The notes beneath the pieces were generated by a model that saw only the letters and a list, made by a program, of their open reading frames with translations, had not been told where the DNA came from and ran no database searches. Position numbers and translations under genes: made by a program. From assembly GCA_964016885.1 (NCBI GenBank), contig OZ024746.1:48794001-48858000 (forward strand): a stretch of DNA of 64,000 nucleotides. Reading direction: 5' to 3'. The DNA is from Eledone cirrhosa. Its lineage: Eukaryota. Below are positions 1 to 15,000 of the stretch, piece after piece (positions within the stretch are counted from its first letter, which is position 1; each line of letters begins with the position of its first letter).

Positions 1-3000
1 AGTCAACTTTAACCTCGTTCAACGTATAACAAATCCCATAACTACAGTCAACTATAACCTCGTTCAACGTATAACAAATCCTACAAATACAGTCAACTTT
101 AACCTCGTTCAACGTATAACAAATCCTATAAATACAGTCAACTTTAACCTCGTTCAACCTATAACAAATCCTACAAATACAGTCAACTATAACCTCGTTC
201 AACCTATAACAAATCCTACAAATACAGTCAACTTTAACCTCGTTCAACGTATAACAAATCCTACAAATACAGTCAACTATAACCTCGTTCAACCTATAAC
301 AAATCCTACAAATACAGTCAACTTTAACCTCGTTCAACGTATAACATATCCTACAAATACAGTCAACTTTAACCTCGTTCAACCTATAACAAATCCTACA
401 AATACAGTCAACTATAACCTCGTTCAACCTATAACAAATCCTACAAATACAGTCAACTTTAACCTCGTTCAACGTATAACAAATCCTATAAATACAGTCA
501 ACTTTAACCTCGTTCAACGTATGACACATCCCATAACTACAGTCAACTATAACCTCGTTCAACGTATAACAAATCCCATAACTACAGTCAACTATAACCT
601 CGTTCAACCTATAACAAATCCTACAAATACAGTCAACTATAACCTCGTTCAACCTATAACAAATCCTACAAATACAGTCAACTTTAACCTCGTTCAACCT
701 ACAACAAATCCTACAAATACAGTCAACTTTAACCTCGTTCAACCTATAACAAATCCTACAAATACAGTTAACTTTAACCTCGTTCAACCTATAACAAATC
801 CTACAAATACAGTCAACTTTAACCTCGTTCAACCTATAACAAATCCTACAAATACAGTCAACTATAACCTCGTTCAACCTATAACAAATCCTACAAATAC
901 AGTCAACTTTAACCTCGTTCAACCTATAACAAATCCTACAAATACAGTCAACTTTAACCTCGTTCAACCTATAACAAATCCTACAAATACAGTCAACTTT
1001 AACCTCGTTCAACGTATAACAAATCCTACAAATACAGTCAACTTTAACCTCGTTCAACCTATAACAAATCCTACAAATACAGTCAACTATAACCTCGTTC
1101 AACCTATAACAAATCCTACAAATACAGTCAACTTTAACCTCGTTCAACGTATAACAAATCCTACAAATACAGTCAACTATAACCTCGTTCAACCTATAAC
1201 AAATCCTACAAATACAGTCAACTTTAACCTCGTTCAACGTATAACAAATCCTACAAATACAGTCAACTTTAACCTCGTTCAACCTATAACAAATCCTACA
1301 AATACAGTCAACTATAACCTCGTTCAACCTATAACAAATCCTACAAATACAGTCAACTTTAACCTCGTTCAACGTATAACAAATCCTATAAATACAGTCA
1401 ACTTTAACCTCGTTCAACGTCTGACAAATCCCATAACTACAGTCAACTATAACCTCGTTCAACGTATAACAAATCCTACAAATACAGTCAACTATAACCT
1501 CGTTCAACCTATAACAAATCCTACAAATACAGTCAACTATAACCTCGTTCAACGTATAACAAATCCTATAAATACAGTCAACTTTAACCTCGTTCAACGT
1601 ATAACAAATCCCATAACTACAGTCAACTATAACCTCGTTCAACGTATAACAAATCCTACAAATACAGTCAACTTTAACCTCGTTCAACCTATAACAAATC
1701 CTACAAATACAGTCAACTTTAACCTCGTTCAACCTATAACAAATCCCATAACTACAGTCAACTATAACCTCGTTCAACCTATAACAAATCCTACAAATAC
1801 AGTCAACTATAACCTCGTTCAACGTATAACAAATCCTATAAATACAGTCAACTTTAACCTCGTTCAACGTATAACAAATCCCATAACTACAGTCAACTAT
1901 AACCTCGTTCAACGTATAACAAATCCTACAAATACAGTCAACTTTAACCTCGTTCAACGTATAACAAATCCTATAAATACAGTCAACTTTAACCTCGTTC
2001 AACCTATAACAAATCCTACAAATACAGTCAACTATAACCTCGTTCAACCTATAACAAATCCTACAAATACAGTCAACTTTAACCTCGTTCAACGTATAAC
2101 AAATCCTACAAATACAGTCAACTATAACCTCGTTCAACCTATAACAAATCCTATAAATACAGTCAACTTTAACCTCGTTCAACGTATAACAAATCCCATA
2201 ACTACAGTCAACTATAACCTCGTTCAACGTATAACAAATCCTACAAATACAGTCAATTTAACCTCGTTCAACGTATAACAAATCCTATAAATACAGTCAA
2301 CTATAACCTCGTTCAACCTATAACAAATCCTACAAATACAGTCAACTTTAACCTCGTTCAACGTATAACAAATCCTACAAATACAGTCAACTATAACCTC
2401 GTTCAACCTATAACAAATCCTACAAATACAGTCAACTTTAACTTCGTTCAACGTATAACAAATCCTACAAATACAGTCAACTTTAACCTCGTTCAACCTA
2501 TAACAAATCCTACAAATACAGTCAACTATAACCTCGTTCAACCTATAACAAATCCTACAAATACAGTCAACTTTAACCTCGTTCAACGTATAACAAATCC
2601 TATAAATACAGTCAACTTTAACCTCGTTCAACGTCTGACAAATCCCATAACTACAGTCAACTATAACCTCGTTCAACGTATAACAAATCCTACAAATACA
2701 GTCAACTATAACCTCGTTCAACCTATAACAAATCCTACAAATACAGTCAACTATAACCTCGTTCAACGTATAACAAATCCTATAAATACAGTCAACTTTA
2801 ACCTCGTTCAACGTATAACAAATCCCATAACTACAGTCAACTATAACCTCGTTCAACGTATAAGAAATCCTACAAATACAGTCAACTTTAACCTCGTTCA
2901 ACCTATAACAAATCCTACAAATACAGTCAACTTTAACCTCGTTCAACCTATAACAAATCCCATAACTACAGTCAACTATAACCTCGTTCAACCTATAACA

Positions 3001-6000
3001 AATCCTACAAATACAGTCAACTATAACCTCGTTCAACGTATAACAAATCCTACAAATACAGTCAACTATAACCTCGTTCAACCTATAACAAATCCTACAA
3101 ATACAGTCAACTTTAACCTCGTTCAACCTATAACAAATCCCATAACTACAGTCAACTATAACCTCGTTCAACCTATAACAAATCCCATAACTACAGTCAA
3201 CTTTAACCTCGTTCAACCTATAACAAATCCCATAACTACAGTCAACTTTAACCTCGTTCAACCTATAACAAATCCCATAACTACAGTCAACTATAACCTC
3301 GTTCAACGTATAACAAATCCTACAAATACAGTCAACTTTAACCTCGTTCAACCTATAACAAATCCTACAAATACAGTCAACTTTAACTCGTTCAACCTAT
3401 AACAAATCCTACAAATACAGTCAACTATAACCTCGTTCAACCTATAACAAATCCTACAAATACAGTCAACTTTAACCTCGTTCAACGTATAACAAATCCT
3501 ACAAATACAGTCAACTTTAACCTCGTTCAACGTATAACAAATCCCATAACTACAGTCAACTATAACCTCGTTCAACCTATAACAAATCCTACAAATACAG
3601 TCAACTATAACCTCGTTCAACCTATAACAAATCCTACAAATACAGTCAACTATAACCTCGTTCAACGTATAACAAATCCTATAAATACAGTCAGCTTTAA
3701 CCTCGTTCAACGTATAACAAATCCCATAACTACAGTCAACTATAACCTCGTTCAACGTATAACAAATCCTACAAATACAGTCAACTTTAACCTCGTTCAA
3801 CCTATAACAAATCCTACAAATACAGTCAACTATAACCTCGTTCAACCTATAACAAATCCTACAAATACAGTCAACTTTAACCTCGTTCAACGTATAACAA
3901 ATCCTATAAATACAGTCAACTTTAACCTCGTTCAACGTCTGACAAATCCCATAACTACAGTCAACTATAACCTCGTTCAACGTATAACAAATCCTACAAA
4001 TACAGTCAACTATAACCTCGTTCAACCTATAACAAATCCTACAAATACAGTCAACTTTAACCTCGTTCAACGTATAACAAATCCCATAACTACAGTCAAC
4101 TATAACCTCGTTCAACCTATAACAAATCCTACAAATACAGTCAACTTTAACCTCGTTCAACGTATAACAAATCCTACAAATACAGTCAACTTTAACCTCG
4201 TTCAAGCTATAACAAATCCTACAAATACAGTCAACTTTAACCTCGTTCAACGTATAACAAATCCTACAAATACAGTCAACTTTAACCTCGTTCAACCTAT
4301 AACAAATCCTACAAATACAGTCAACTATAACCTCGTTCAACCTATAACAAATCCTACAAATACAGTCAACTTTAACCTCGTTCAACGTATAACAAATCCC
4401 ATAACTACAGTCAACTATAACCTCGTTCAACCTATAACAAATCCTACAAATACAGTCAACTATAACCTCGTTCAACCTATAACAAATCCCATAACTACAG
4501 TCAACTATAACCTCGTTCAACCTATAACAAATCCTACAAATACAGTCAACTTTAACCTCGTTCAACGTATAACAAATCCTACAAATACAGTCAACTTTAA
4601 CCTCGTTCAACGTATAACAAATCCCATAACTACAGTCAACTATAACCTCGTTCAACCTATAACAAATCCTACAAATACAGTCAACTTTAACCTCGTTCAA
4701 CGTATAACAAATCCTACAAATACAGTCAACTTTAACCTCGTTCAACGTATAACAAATCCCATAACTACAGTCAACTATAACCTCGTTCAACCTATAACAA
4801 ATCCTACAAATACAGTCAACTATAACCTCGTTCAACCTATAACAAATCCTACAAATACAGTCAACTATAACCTCGTTCAACGTATAACAAATCCTATAAA
4901 TACAGTCAACTTTAACCTCGTTCAACGATTAACAAATCCCATAACTACAGTCAACTATAACCTCGTTCAACGTATAACAAATCCTACAAATACAGTCAAT
5001 TTAACCTCGTTCAACGTATAACAAATCCTATAAATACAGTCAACTATAACCTCGTTCACCCTATAACAAATCCTACAAATACAGTCAACTTTAACCTCGT
5101 TCAACGTATAACAAATCCTACAAATACAGTCAACTATAACCTCGTTCAACGTATAACAAATCCTATAAATACAGTCAACTTTAACCTCGTTCAACGTATA
5201 ACAAATCCCATAAATACAGTCAACTATAACCTCGTTCAACGTATAACAAATCCTACAAATACAGTCAACTTTAACCTCGTTCAACGTATAACAAATCCTA
5301 TAAATACAGTCAACTTTAACCTCGTTCAACCTATAACAAATCCTACAAATACAGTCAACTATAACCTCGTTCAACCTATAACAAATCCTACAAATACAGT
5401 CAACTTTAACCTCGTTCAACGTATAACAAATCCTACAAATACAGTCAACTATAACCTCGTTCAACCTATAACAAATCCTATAAATACAGTCAACTTTAAC
5501 CTCGTTCAACGTATAACAAATCCCATAACTACAGTCAACTATAACCTCGTTCAACGTATAACAAATCCTACAAATACAGTCAATTTAACCTCGTTCAACG
5601 TATAACAAATCCTATAAATACAGTCAACTATAACCTCGTTCAACCTATAACAAATCCTACAAATACAGTCAACTTTAACCTCGTTCAACGTATAACAAAT
5701 CCTACAAATACAGTCAACTATAACCTCGTTCAACCTATAACAAATCCTACAAATACAGTCAACTTTAACTTCGTTCAACGTATAACAAATCCTACAAATA
5801 CAGTCAACTTTAACCTCGTTCAACCTATAACAAATCCTACAAATACAGTCAACTATAACCTCGTTCAACCTATAACAAATCCTACAAATACAGTCAACTT
5901 TAACCTCGTTCAACGTATAACAAATCCTATAAATACAGTCAACTTTAACCTCGTTCAACGTCTGACAAATCCCATAACTACAGTCAACTATAACCTCGTT

Positions 6001-9000
6001 CAACGTATAACAAATCCTACAAATACAGTCAACTATAACCTCGTTCAACCTATAACAAATCCTACAAATACAGTCAACTATAACCTCGTTCAACGTATAA
6101 CAAATCCTATAAATACAGTCAACTTTAACCTCGTTCAACGTATAACAAATCCCATAACTACAGTCAACTATAACCTCGTTCAACGTATAAGAAATCCTAC
6201 AAATACAGTCAACTTTAACCTCGTTCAACCTATAACAAATCCTACAAATACAGTCAACTTTAACCTCGTTCAACCTATAACAAATCCCATAACTACAGTC
6301 AACTATAACCTCGTTCAACCTATAACAAATCCTACAAATACAGTCAACTATAACCTCGTTCAACGTATAACAAATCCTACAAATACAGTCAACTATAACC
6401 TCGTTCAACCTATAACAAATCCTACAAATACAGTCAACTTTAACCTCGTTCAACCTATAACAAATCCCATAACTACAGTCAACTATAACCTCGTTCAACC
6501 TATAACAAATCCCATAACTACAGTCAACTTTAACCTCGTTCAACCTATAACAAATCCCATAACTACAGTCAACTTTAACCTCGTTCAACCTATAACAAAT
6601 CCCATAACTACAGTCAACTATAACCTCGTTCAACGTATAACAAATCCTACAAATACAGTCAACTTTAACCTCGTTCAACCTATAACAAATCCTACAAATA
6701 CAGTCAACTTTAACTCGTTCAACCTATAACAAATCCTACAAATACAGTCAACTATAACCTCGTTCAACCTATAACAAATCCTACAAATACAGTCAACTTT
6801 AACCTCGTTCAACGTATAACAAATCCTACAAATACAGTCAACTTTAACCTCGTTCAACGTATAACAAATCCCATAACTACAGTCAACTATAACCTCGTTC
6901 AACCTATAACAAATCCTACAAATACAGTCAACTATAACCTCGTTCAACCTATAACAAATCCTACAAATACAGTCAACTATAACCTCGTTCAACGTATAAC
7001 AAATCCTATAAATACAGTCAGCTTTAACCTCGTTCAACGTATAACAAATCCCATAACTACAGTCAACTATAACCTCGTTCAACGTATAACAAATCCTACA
7101 AATACAGTCAACTTTAACCTCGTTCAACCTATAACAAATCCTACAAATACAGTCAACTATAACCTCGTTCAACCTATAACAAATCCTACAAATACAGTCA
7201 ACTTTAACCTCGTTCAACGTATAACAAATCCTATAAATACAGTCAACTTTAACCTCGTTCAACGTCTGACAAATCCCATAACTACAGTCAACTATAACCT
7301 CGTTCAACGTATAACAAATCCTACAAATACAGTCAACTATAACCTCGTTCAACCTATAACAAATCCTACAAATACAGTCAACTATAACCTCGTTCAACCT
7401 ATAACAAATCCTACAAATACAGTCAACTTTAACCTCGTTCAACGTATAACAAATCCCATAACTACAGTCAACTATAACCTCGTTCAACCTATAACAAATC
7501 CTACAAATACAGTCAACTTTAACCTCGTTCAACGTATAACAAATCCTACAAATACAGTCAACTTTAACCTCGTTCAAGCTATAACAAATCCTACAAATAC
7601 AGTCAACTTTAACCTCGTTCAACGTATAACAAATCCTACAAATACAGTCAACTTTAACCTCGTTCAACCTATAACAAATCCTACAAATACAGTCAACTAT
7701 AACCTCGTTCAACCTATAACAAATCCTACAAATACAGTCAACTTTAACCTCGTTCAACGTATAACAAATCCCATAACTACAGTCAACTATAACCTCGTTC
7801 AACCTATAACAAATCCTACAAATACAGTCAACTATAACCTCGTTCAACCTATAACAAATCCCATAACTACAGTCAACTATAACCTCGTTCAACCTATAAC
7901 AAATCCTACAAATACAGTCAACTTTAACCTCGTTCAACGTATAACAAATCCTACAAATACAGTCAACTTTAACCTCGTTCAACGTATAACAAATCCCATA
8001 ACTACAGTCAACTATAACCTCGTTCAACCTATAACAAATCCTACAAATACAGTCAACTTTAACCTCGTTCAACGTATAACAAATCCTACAAATACAGTCA
8101 ACTTTAACCTCGTTCAACGTATAACAAATCCCATAACTACAGTCAACTATAACCTCGTTCAACCTATAACAAATCCTACAAATACAGTCAACTATAACCT
8201 CGTTCAACCTATAACAAATCCTACAAATACAGTCAACTATAACCTCGTTCAACGTATAACAAATCCTATAAATACAGTCAACTTTAACCTCGTTCAACGA
8301 TTAACAAATCCCATAACTACAGTCAACTATAACCTCGTTCAACGTATAACAAATCCTACAAATACAGTCAATTTAACCTCGTTCAACGTATAACAAATCC
8401 TATAAATACAGTCAACTATAACCTCGTTCACCCTATAACAAATCCTACAAATACAGTCAACTTTAACCTCGTTCAACGTATAACAAATCCTACAAATACA
8501 GTCAACTATAACCTCGTTCAACCTATAACAAATCCTACAAATACAGTCAACTTTAACTTCGTTCAACGTATAACAAATCCTACAAATACAGTCAACTTTA
8601 ACCTCGTTCAACCTATAACAAATCCTACAAATACAGTCAACTATAACCTCGTTCAACCTATAACAAATCCTACAAATACAGTCAACTTTAACCTCGTTCA
8701 ACGTATAACAAATCCTATAAATACAGTCAACTTTAACCTCGTTCAACGTCTGACAAATCCCATAACTACAGTCAACTATAACCTCGTTCAACGTATAACA
8801 AATCCTACAAATACAGTCAACTATAACCTCGTTCAACCTATAACAAATCCTACAAATACAGTCAACTATAACCTCGTTCAACGTATAACAAATCCTATAA
8901 ATACAGTCAACTTTAACCTCGTTCAACGTATAACAAATCCCATAACTACAGTCAACTATAACCTCGTTCAACGTATAACAAATCCTACAAATACAGTCAA

Positions 9001-12000
9001 CTTTAACCTCGTTCAACCTATAACAAATCCTACAAATACAGTCAACTTTAACCTCGTTCAACCTATAACAAATCCCATAACTACAGTCAACTATAACCTC
9101 GTTCAACCTATAACAAATCCTACAAATACAGTCAACTATAACCTCGTTCAACGTATAACAAATCCTACAAATACAGTCAACTATAACCTCGTTCAACCTA
9201 TAACAAATCCTACAAATACAGTCAACTTTAACCTCGTTCAACCTATAACAAATCCCATAACTACAGTCAACTATAACCTCGTTCAACCTATAACAAATCC
9301 CATAACTACAGTCAACTTTAACCTCGTTCAACCTATAACAAATCCCATAACTACAGTCAACTTTAACCTCGTTCAACCTATAACAAATCCCATAACTACA
9401 GTCAACTATAACCTCGTTCAACGTATAACAAATCCTACAAATACAGTCAACTTTAACCTCGTTCAACCTATAACAAATCCTACAAATACAGTCAACTTTA
9501 ACTCGTTCAACCTATAACAAATCCTACAAATACAGTCAACTATAACCTCGTTCAACCTATAACAAATCCTACAAATACAGTCAACTTTAACCTCGTTCAA
9601 CGTATAACAAATCCTACAAATACAGTCAACTTTAACCTCGTTCAACGTATAACAAATCCCATAACTACAGTCAACTATAACCTCGTTCAACCTATAACAA
9701 ATCCTACAAATACAGTCAACTATAACCTCGTTCAACCTATAACAAATCCTACAAATACAGTCAACTATAACCTCGTTCAACGTATAACAAATCCTATAAA
9801 TACAGTCAGCTTTAACCTCGTTCAACGTATAACAAATCCCATAACTACAGTCAACTATAACCTCGTTCAACGTATAACAAATCCTACAAATACAGTCAAC
9901 TTTAACCTCGTTCAACGTATAACAAATCCTATAAATACAGTCAACTTTAACCTCGTTCAACCTATAACAAATCCTACAAATACAGTCAACTATAACCTCG
10001 TTCAACCTATAACAAATCCTACAAATACAGTCAACTTTAACCTCGTTCAACGTATAACAAATCCTACAAATACAGTCAACTATAACCTCGTTCAACCTAT
10101 AACAAATCCTACAAATACAGACAACTTTAACCTCGTTCAACGTATAACAAATCCTACAAATACAGTCAACTTTAACCTCGTTCAACCTATAACAAATCCT
10201 ACAAATACAGTCAACTATAACCTCGTTCAACCTATAACAAATCCTACAAATACAGTCAACTTTAACCTCGTTCAACGTATAACAAATCCTATAAATACAG
10301 TCAACTTTAACCTCGTTCAACGTCTGACAAATCCCATAACTACAGTCAACTATAACCTCGTTCAACGTATAACAAATCCTACAAATACAGTCAACTATAA
10401 CCTCGTTCAACCTATAACAAATCCTACAAATACAGTCAACTATAACCTCGTTCAACGTATAACAAATCCTATAAATACAGTCAACTTTAACCTCGTTCAA
10501 CCTATAACAAATCCCATAACTACAGTCAACTATAACCTCGTTCAACGTATAACAAATCCTACAAATACAGTCAACTTTAACCTCGTTCAACCTATAACAA
10601 ATCCTACAAATACAGTCAACTTTAACCTCGTTCAACCTATAACAAATCCCATAACTACAGTCAACTATAACCTCGTTCAACCTATAACAAATCCTACAAA
10701 TACAGTCAACTATAACCTCGTTCAACGTATAACAAATCCTACAAATACAGTCAACTATAACCTCGTTCAACCTATAACAAATCCTACAAATACAGTCAAC
10801 TTTAACCTCGTTCAACCTATAACAAATCCCATAACTACAGTCAACTATAACCTCGTTCAACCTATAACAAATCCCATAACTACAGTCAACTTTAACCTCG
10901 TTCAACCTATAACAAATCCCATAACTACAGTCAACTTTAACCTCGTTCAACCTATAACAAATCCCATAACTACAGTCAACTATAACCTCGTTCAACGTAT
11001 AACAAATCCTACAAATACAGTCAACTTTAACCTCGTTCAACCTATAACAAATCCTACAAATACAGTCAACTATAACCTCGTTCAACCTATAACAAATCCT
11101 ACAAATACAGTCAACTATAACATCGTTCAACCTATAACAAATCCTACAAATACAGTCAACTTTAACCTCGTTCAACGTATAACAAATCCCATAACTACAG
11201 TCAACTATAACCTCGTTCAACCTATAACAAATCCTACAAATACAGTCAACTATAACCTCGTTCAACCTATAACAAATCCTACAAATACAGTCAACTATAA
11301 CCTCGTTCAACGTATAACAAATCCTATAAATACAGTCAGCTTTAACCTCGTTCAACGTATAACAAATCCCATAACTACAGTCAACTATAACCTCGTTCAA
11401 CGTATAACAAATCCTACAAATACAGTCAACTTTAACCTCGTTCAACGTATAACAAATCCTATAAATACAGTCAACTTTAACCTCGTTCAACCTATAACAA
11501 ATCCTACAAATACAGTCAACTATAACCTCGTTCAACCTATAACAAATCCTACAAATACAGTCAACTTTAACCTCGTTCAACGTATAACAAATCCTACAAA
11601 TACAGTCAACTATAACCTCGTTCAACCTATAACAAATCCTACAAATACAGACAACTTTAACCTCGTTCAACGTATAACAAATCCTACAAATACAGTCAAC
11701 TTTAACCTCGTTCAACCTATAACAAATCCTACAAATACAGTCAACTATAACCTCGTTCAACCTATAACAAATCCTACAAATACAGTCAACTTTAACCTCG
11801 TTCAACGTATAACAAATCCTATAAATACAGTCAACTTTAACCTCGTTCAACGTCTGACAAATCCCATAACTACAGTCAACTATAACCTCGTTCAACGTAT
11901 AACAAATCCTACAAATACAGTCAACTATAACCTCGTTCAACCTATAACAAATCCTACAAATACAGTCAACTATAACCTCGTTCAACGTATAACAAATCCT

Positions 12001-15000
12001 ATAAATACAGTCAACTTTAACCTCGTTCAACCTATAACAAATCCCATAACTACAGTCAACTATAACCTCGTTCAACGTATAACAAATCCTACAAATACAG
12101 TCAACTTTAACCTCGTTCAACCTATAACAAATCCTACAAATACAGTCAACTTTAACCTCGTTCAACCTATAACAAATCCCATAACTACAGTCAACTATAA
12201 CCTCGTTCAACCTATAACAAATCCTACAAATACAGTCAACTATAACCTCGTTCAACGTATAACAAATCCTACAAATACAGTCAACTATAACCTCGTTCAA
12301 CCTATAACAAATCCTACAAATACAGTCAACTTTAACCTCGTTCAACCTATAACAAATCCCATAACTACAGTCAACTATAACCTCGTTCAACCTATAACAA
12401 ATCCCATAACTACAGTCAACTTTAACCTCGTTCAACCTATAACAAATCCCATAACTACAGTCAACTTTAACCTCGTTCAACCTATAACAAATCCCATAAC
12501 TACAGTCAACTATAACCTCGTTCAACGTATAACAAATCCTACAAATACAGTCAACTTTAACCTCGTTCAACCTATAACAAATCCTACAAATACAGTCAAC
12601 TATAACCTCGTTCAACCTATAACAAATCCTACAAATACAGTCAACTATAACATCGTTCAACCTATAACAAATCCTACAAATACAGTCAACTATAACCTCG
12701 TTCAACGTATAACAAATCCTATAAATACAGTCAACTTTAACCTCGTTCAACGTATAACAAATCCCATAACTACAGTCAACTATAACCTCGTTCAACGTAT
12801 AACAAATCCTACAAATACAGTCAACTTTAACCTCGTTCAACGTATAACAAATCCTATAAATACAGTCAACTTTAACCTCGTTCAACCTATAACAAATCCT
12901 ACAAATACAGTCAACTATAACCTCGTTCAACCTATAACAAATCCTACAAATACAGTCAACTTTAACCTCGTTCAACGTATAACAAATCCTACAAATACAG
13001 TCAACTATAACCTCGTTCAACCTATAACAAATCCTACAAATACAGTCAACTTTAACCTCGTTCAACGTATAACATATCCTACAAATACAGTCAACTTTAA
13101 CCTCGTTCAACCTATAACAAATCCTACAAATACAGTCAACTATAACCTCGTTCAACCTATAACAAATCCTACAAATACAGTCAACTTTAACCTCGTTCAA
13201 CGTATAACAAATCCTATAAATACAGTCAACTTTAACCTCGTTCAACGTATGACACATCCCATAACTACAGTCAACTATAACCTCGTTCAACGTATAACAA
13301 ATCCCATAACTACAGTCAACTATAACCTCGTTCAACCTATAACAAATCCTACAAATACAGTCAACTATAACCTCGTTCAACCTATAACAAATCCTACAAA
13401 TACAGTCAACTTTAACCTCGTTCAACCTACAACAAATCCTACAAATACAGTCAACTTTAACCTCGTTCAACCTATAACAAATCCTACAAATACAGTTAAC
13501 TTTAACCTCGTTCAACCTATAACAAATCCTACAAATACAGTCAACTTTAACCTCGTTCAACCTATAACAAATCCTACAAATACAGTCAACTATAACCTCG
13601 TTCAACCTATAACAAATCCTACAAATACAGTCAACTTTAACCTCGTTCAACCTATAACAAATCCTACAAATACAGTCAACTTTAACCTCGTTCAACCTAT
13701 AACAAATCCTACAAATACAGTCAACTTTAACCTCGTTCAACGTATAACAAATCCTACAAATACAGTCAACTTTAACCTCGTTCAACCTATAACAAATCCT
13801 ACAAATACAGTCAACTATAACCTCGTTCAACCTATAACAAATCCTACAAATACAGTCAACTTTAACCTCGTTCAACGTATAACAAATCCTACAAATACAG
13901 TCAACTATAACCTCGTTCAACCTATAACAAATCCTACAAATACAGTCAACTTTAACCTCGTTCAACGTATAACAAATCCTACAAATACAGTCAACTTTAA
14001 CCTCGTTCAACCTATAACAAATCCTACAAATACAGTCAACTATAACCTCGTTCAACCTATAACAAATCCTACAAATACAGTCAACTTTAACCTCGTTCAA
14101 CGTATAACAAATCCTATAAATACAGTCAACTTTAACCTCGTTCAACGTCTGACAAATCCCATAACTACAGTCAACTATAACCTCGTTCAACGTATAACAA
14201 ATCCTACAAATACAGTCAACTATAACCTCGTTCAACCTATAACAAATCCTACAAATACAGTCAACTATAACCTCGTTCAACGTATAACAAATCCTATAAA
14301 TACAGTCAACTTTAACCTCGTTCAACGTATAACAAATCCCATAACTACAGTCAACTATAACCTCGTTCAACGTATAAAAAATCCTACAAATACAGTCAAC
14401 TTTAACCTCGTTCAACCTATAACAAATCCTACAAATACAGTCAACTTTAACCTCGTTCAACCTATAACAAATCCCGTAACTACAGTCAACTATAACCTCG
14501 TTCAACCTATAACAAATCCTACAAATACAGTCAACTATAACCTCGTTCAACGTATAACAAATCCTATAAATACAGTCAACTTTAACCTCGTTCAACGTAT
14601 AACAAATCCCATAACTACAGTCAACTATAACCTCGTTCAACGTATAACAAATCCTACAAATACAGTCAACTTTAACCTCGTTCAACGTATAACAAATCCT
14701 ATAAATACAGTCAACTTTAACCTCGTTCAACCTATAACAAATCCTACAAATACAGTCAACTATAACCTCGTTCAACCTATAACAAATCCTACAAATACAG
14801 TCAACTTTAACCTCGTTCAACGTATAACAAATCCTACAAATACAGTCAACTATAACCTCGTTCAACCTATAACAAATCCTACAAATACAGTCAACTTTAA
14901 CCTCGTTCAACGTATAACAAATCCTACAAATACAGTCAACTTTAACCTCGTTCAACCTATAACAAATCCTACAAATACAGTCAACTATAACCTCGTTCAA

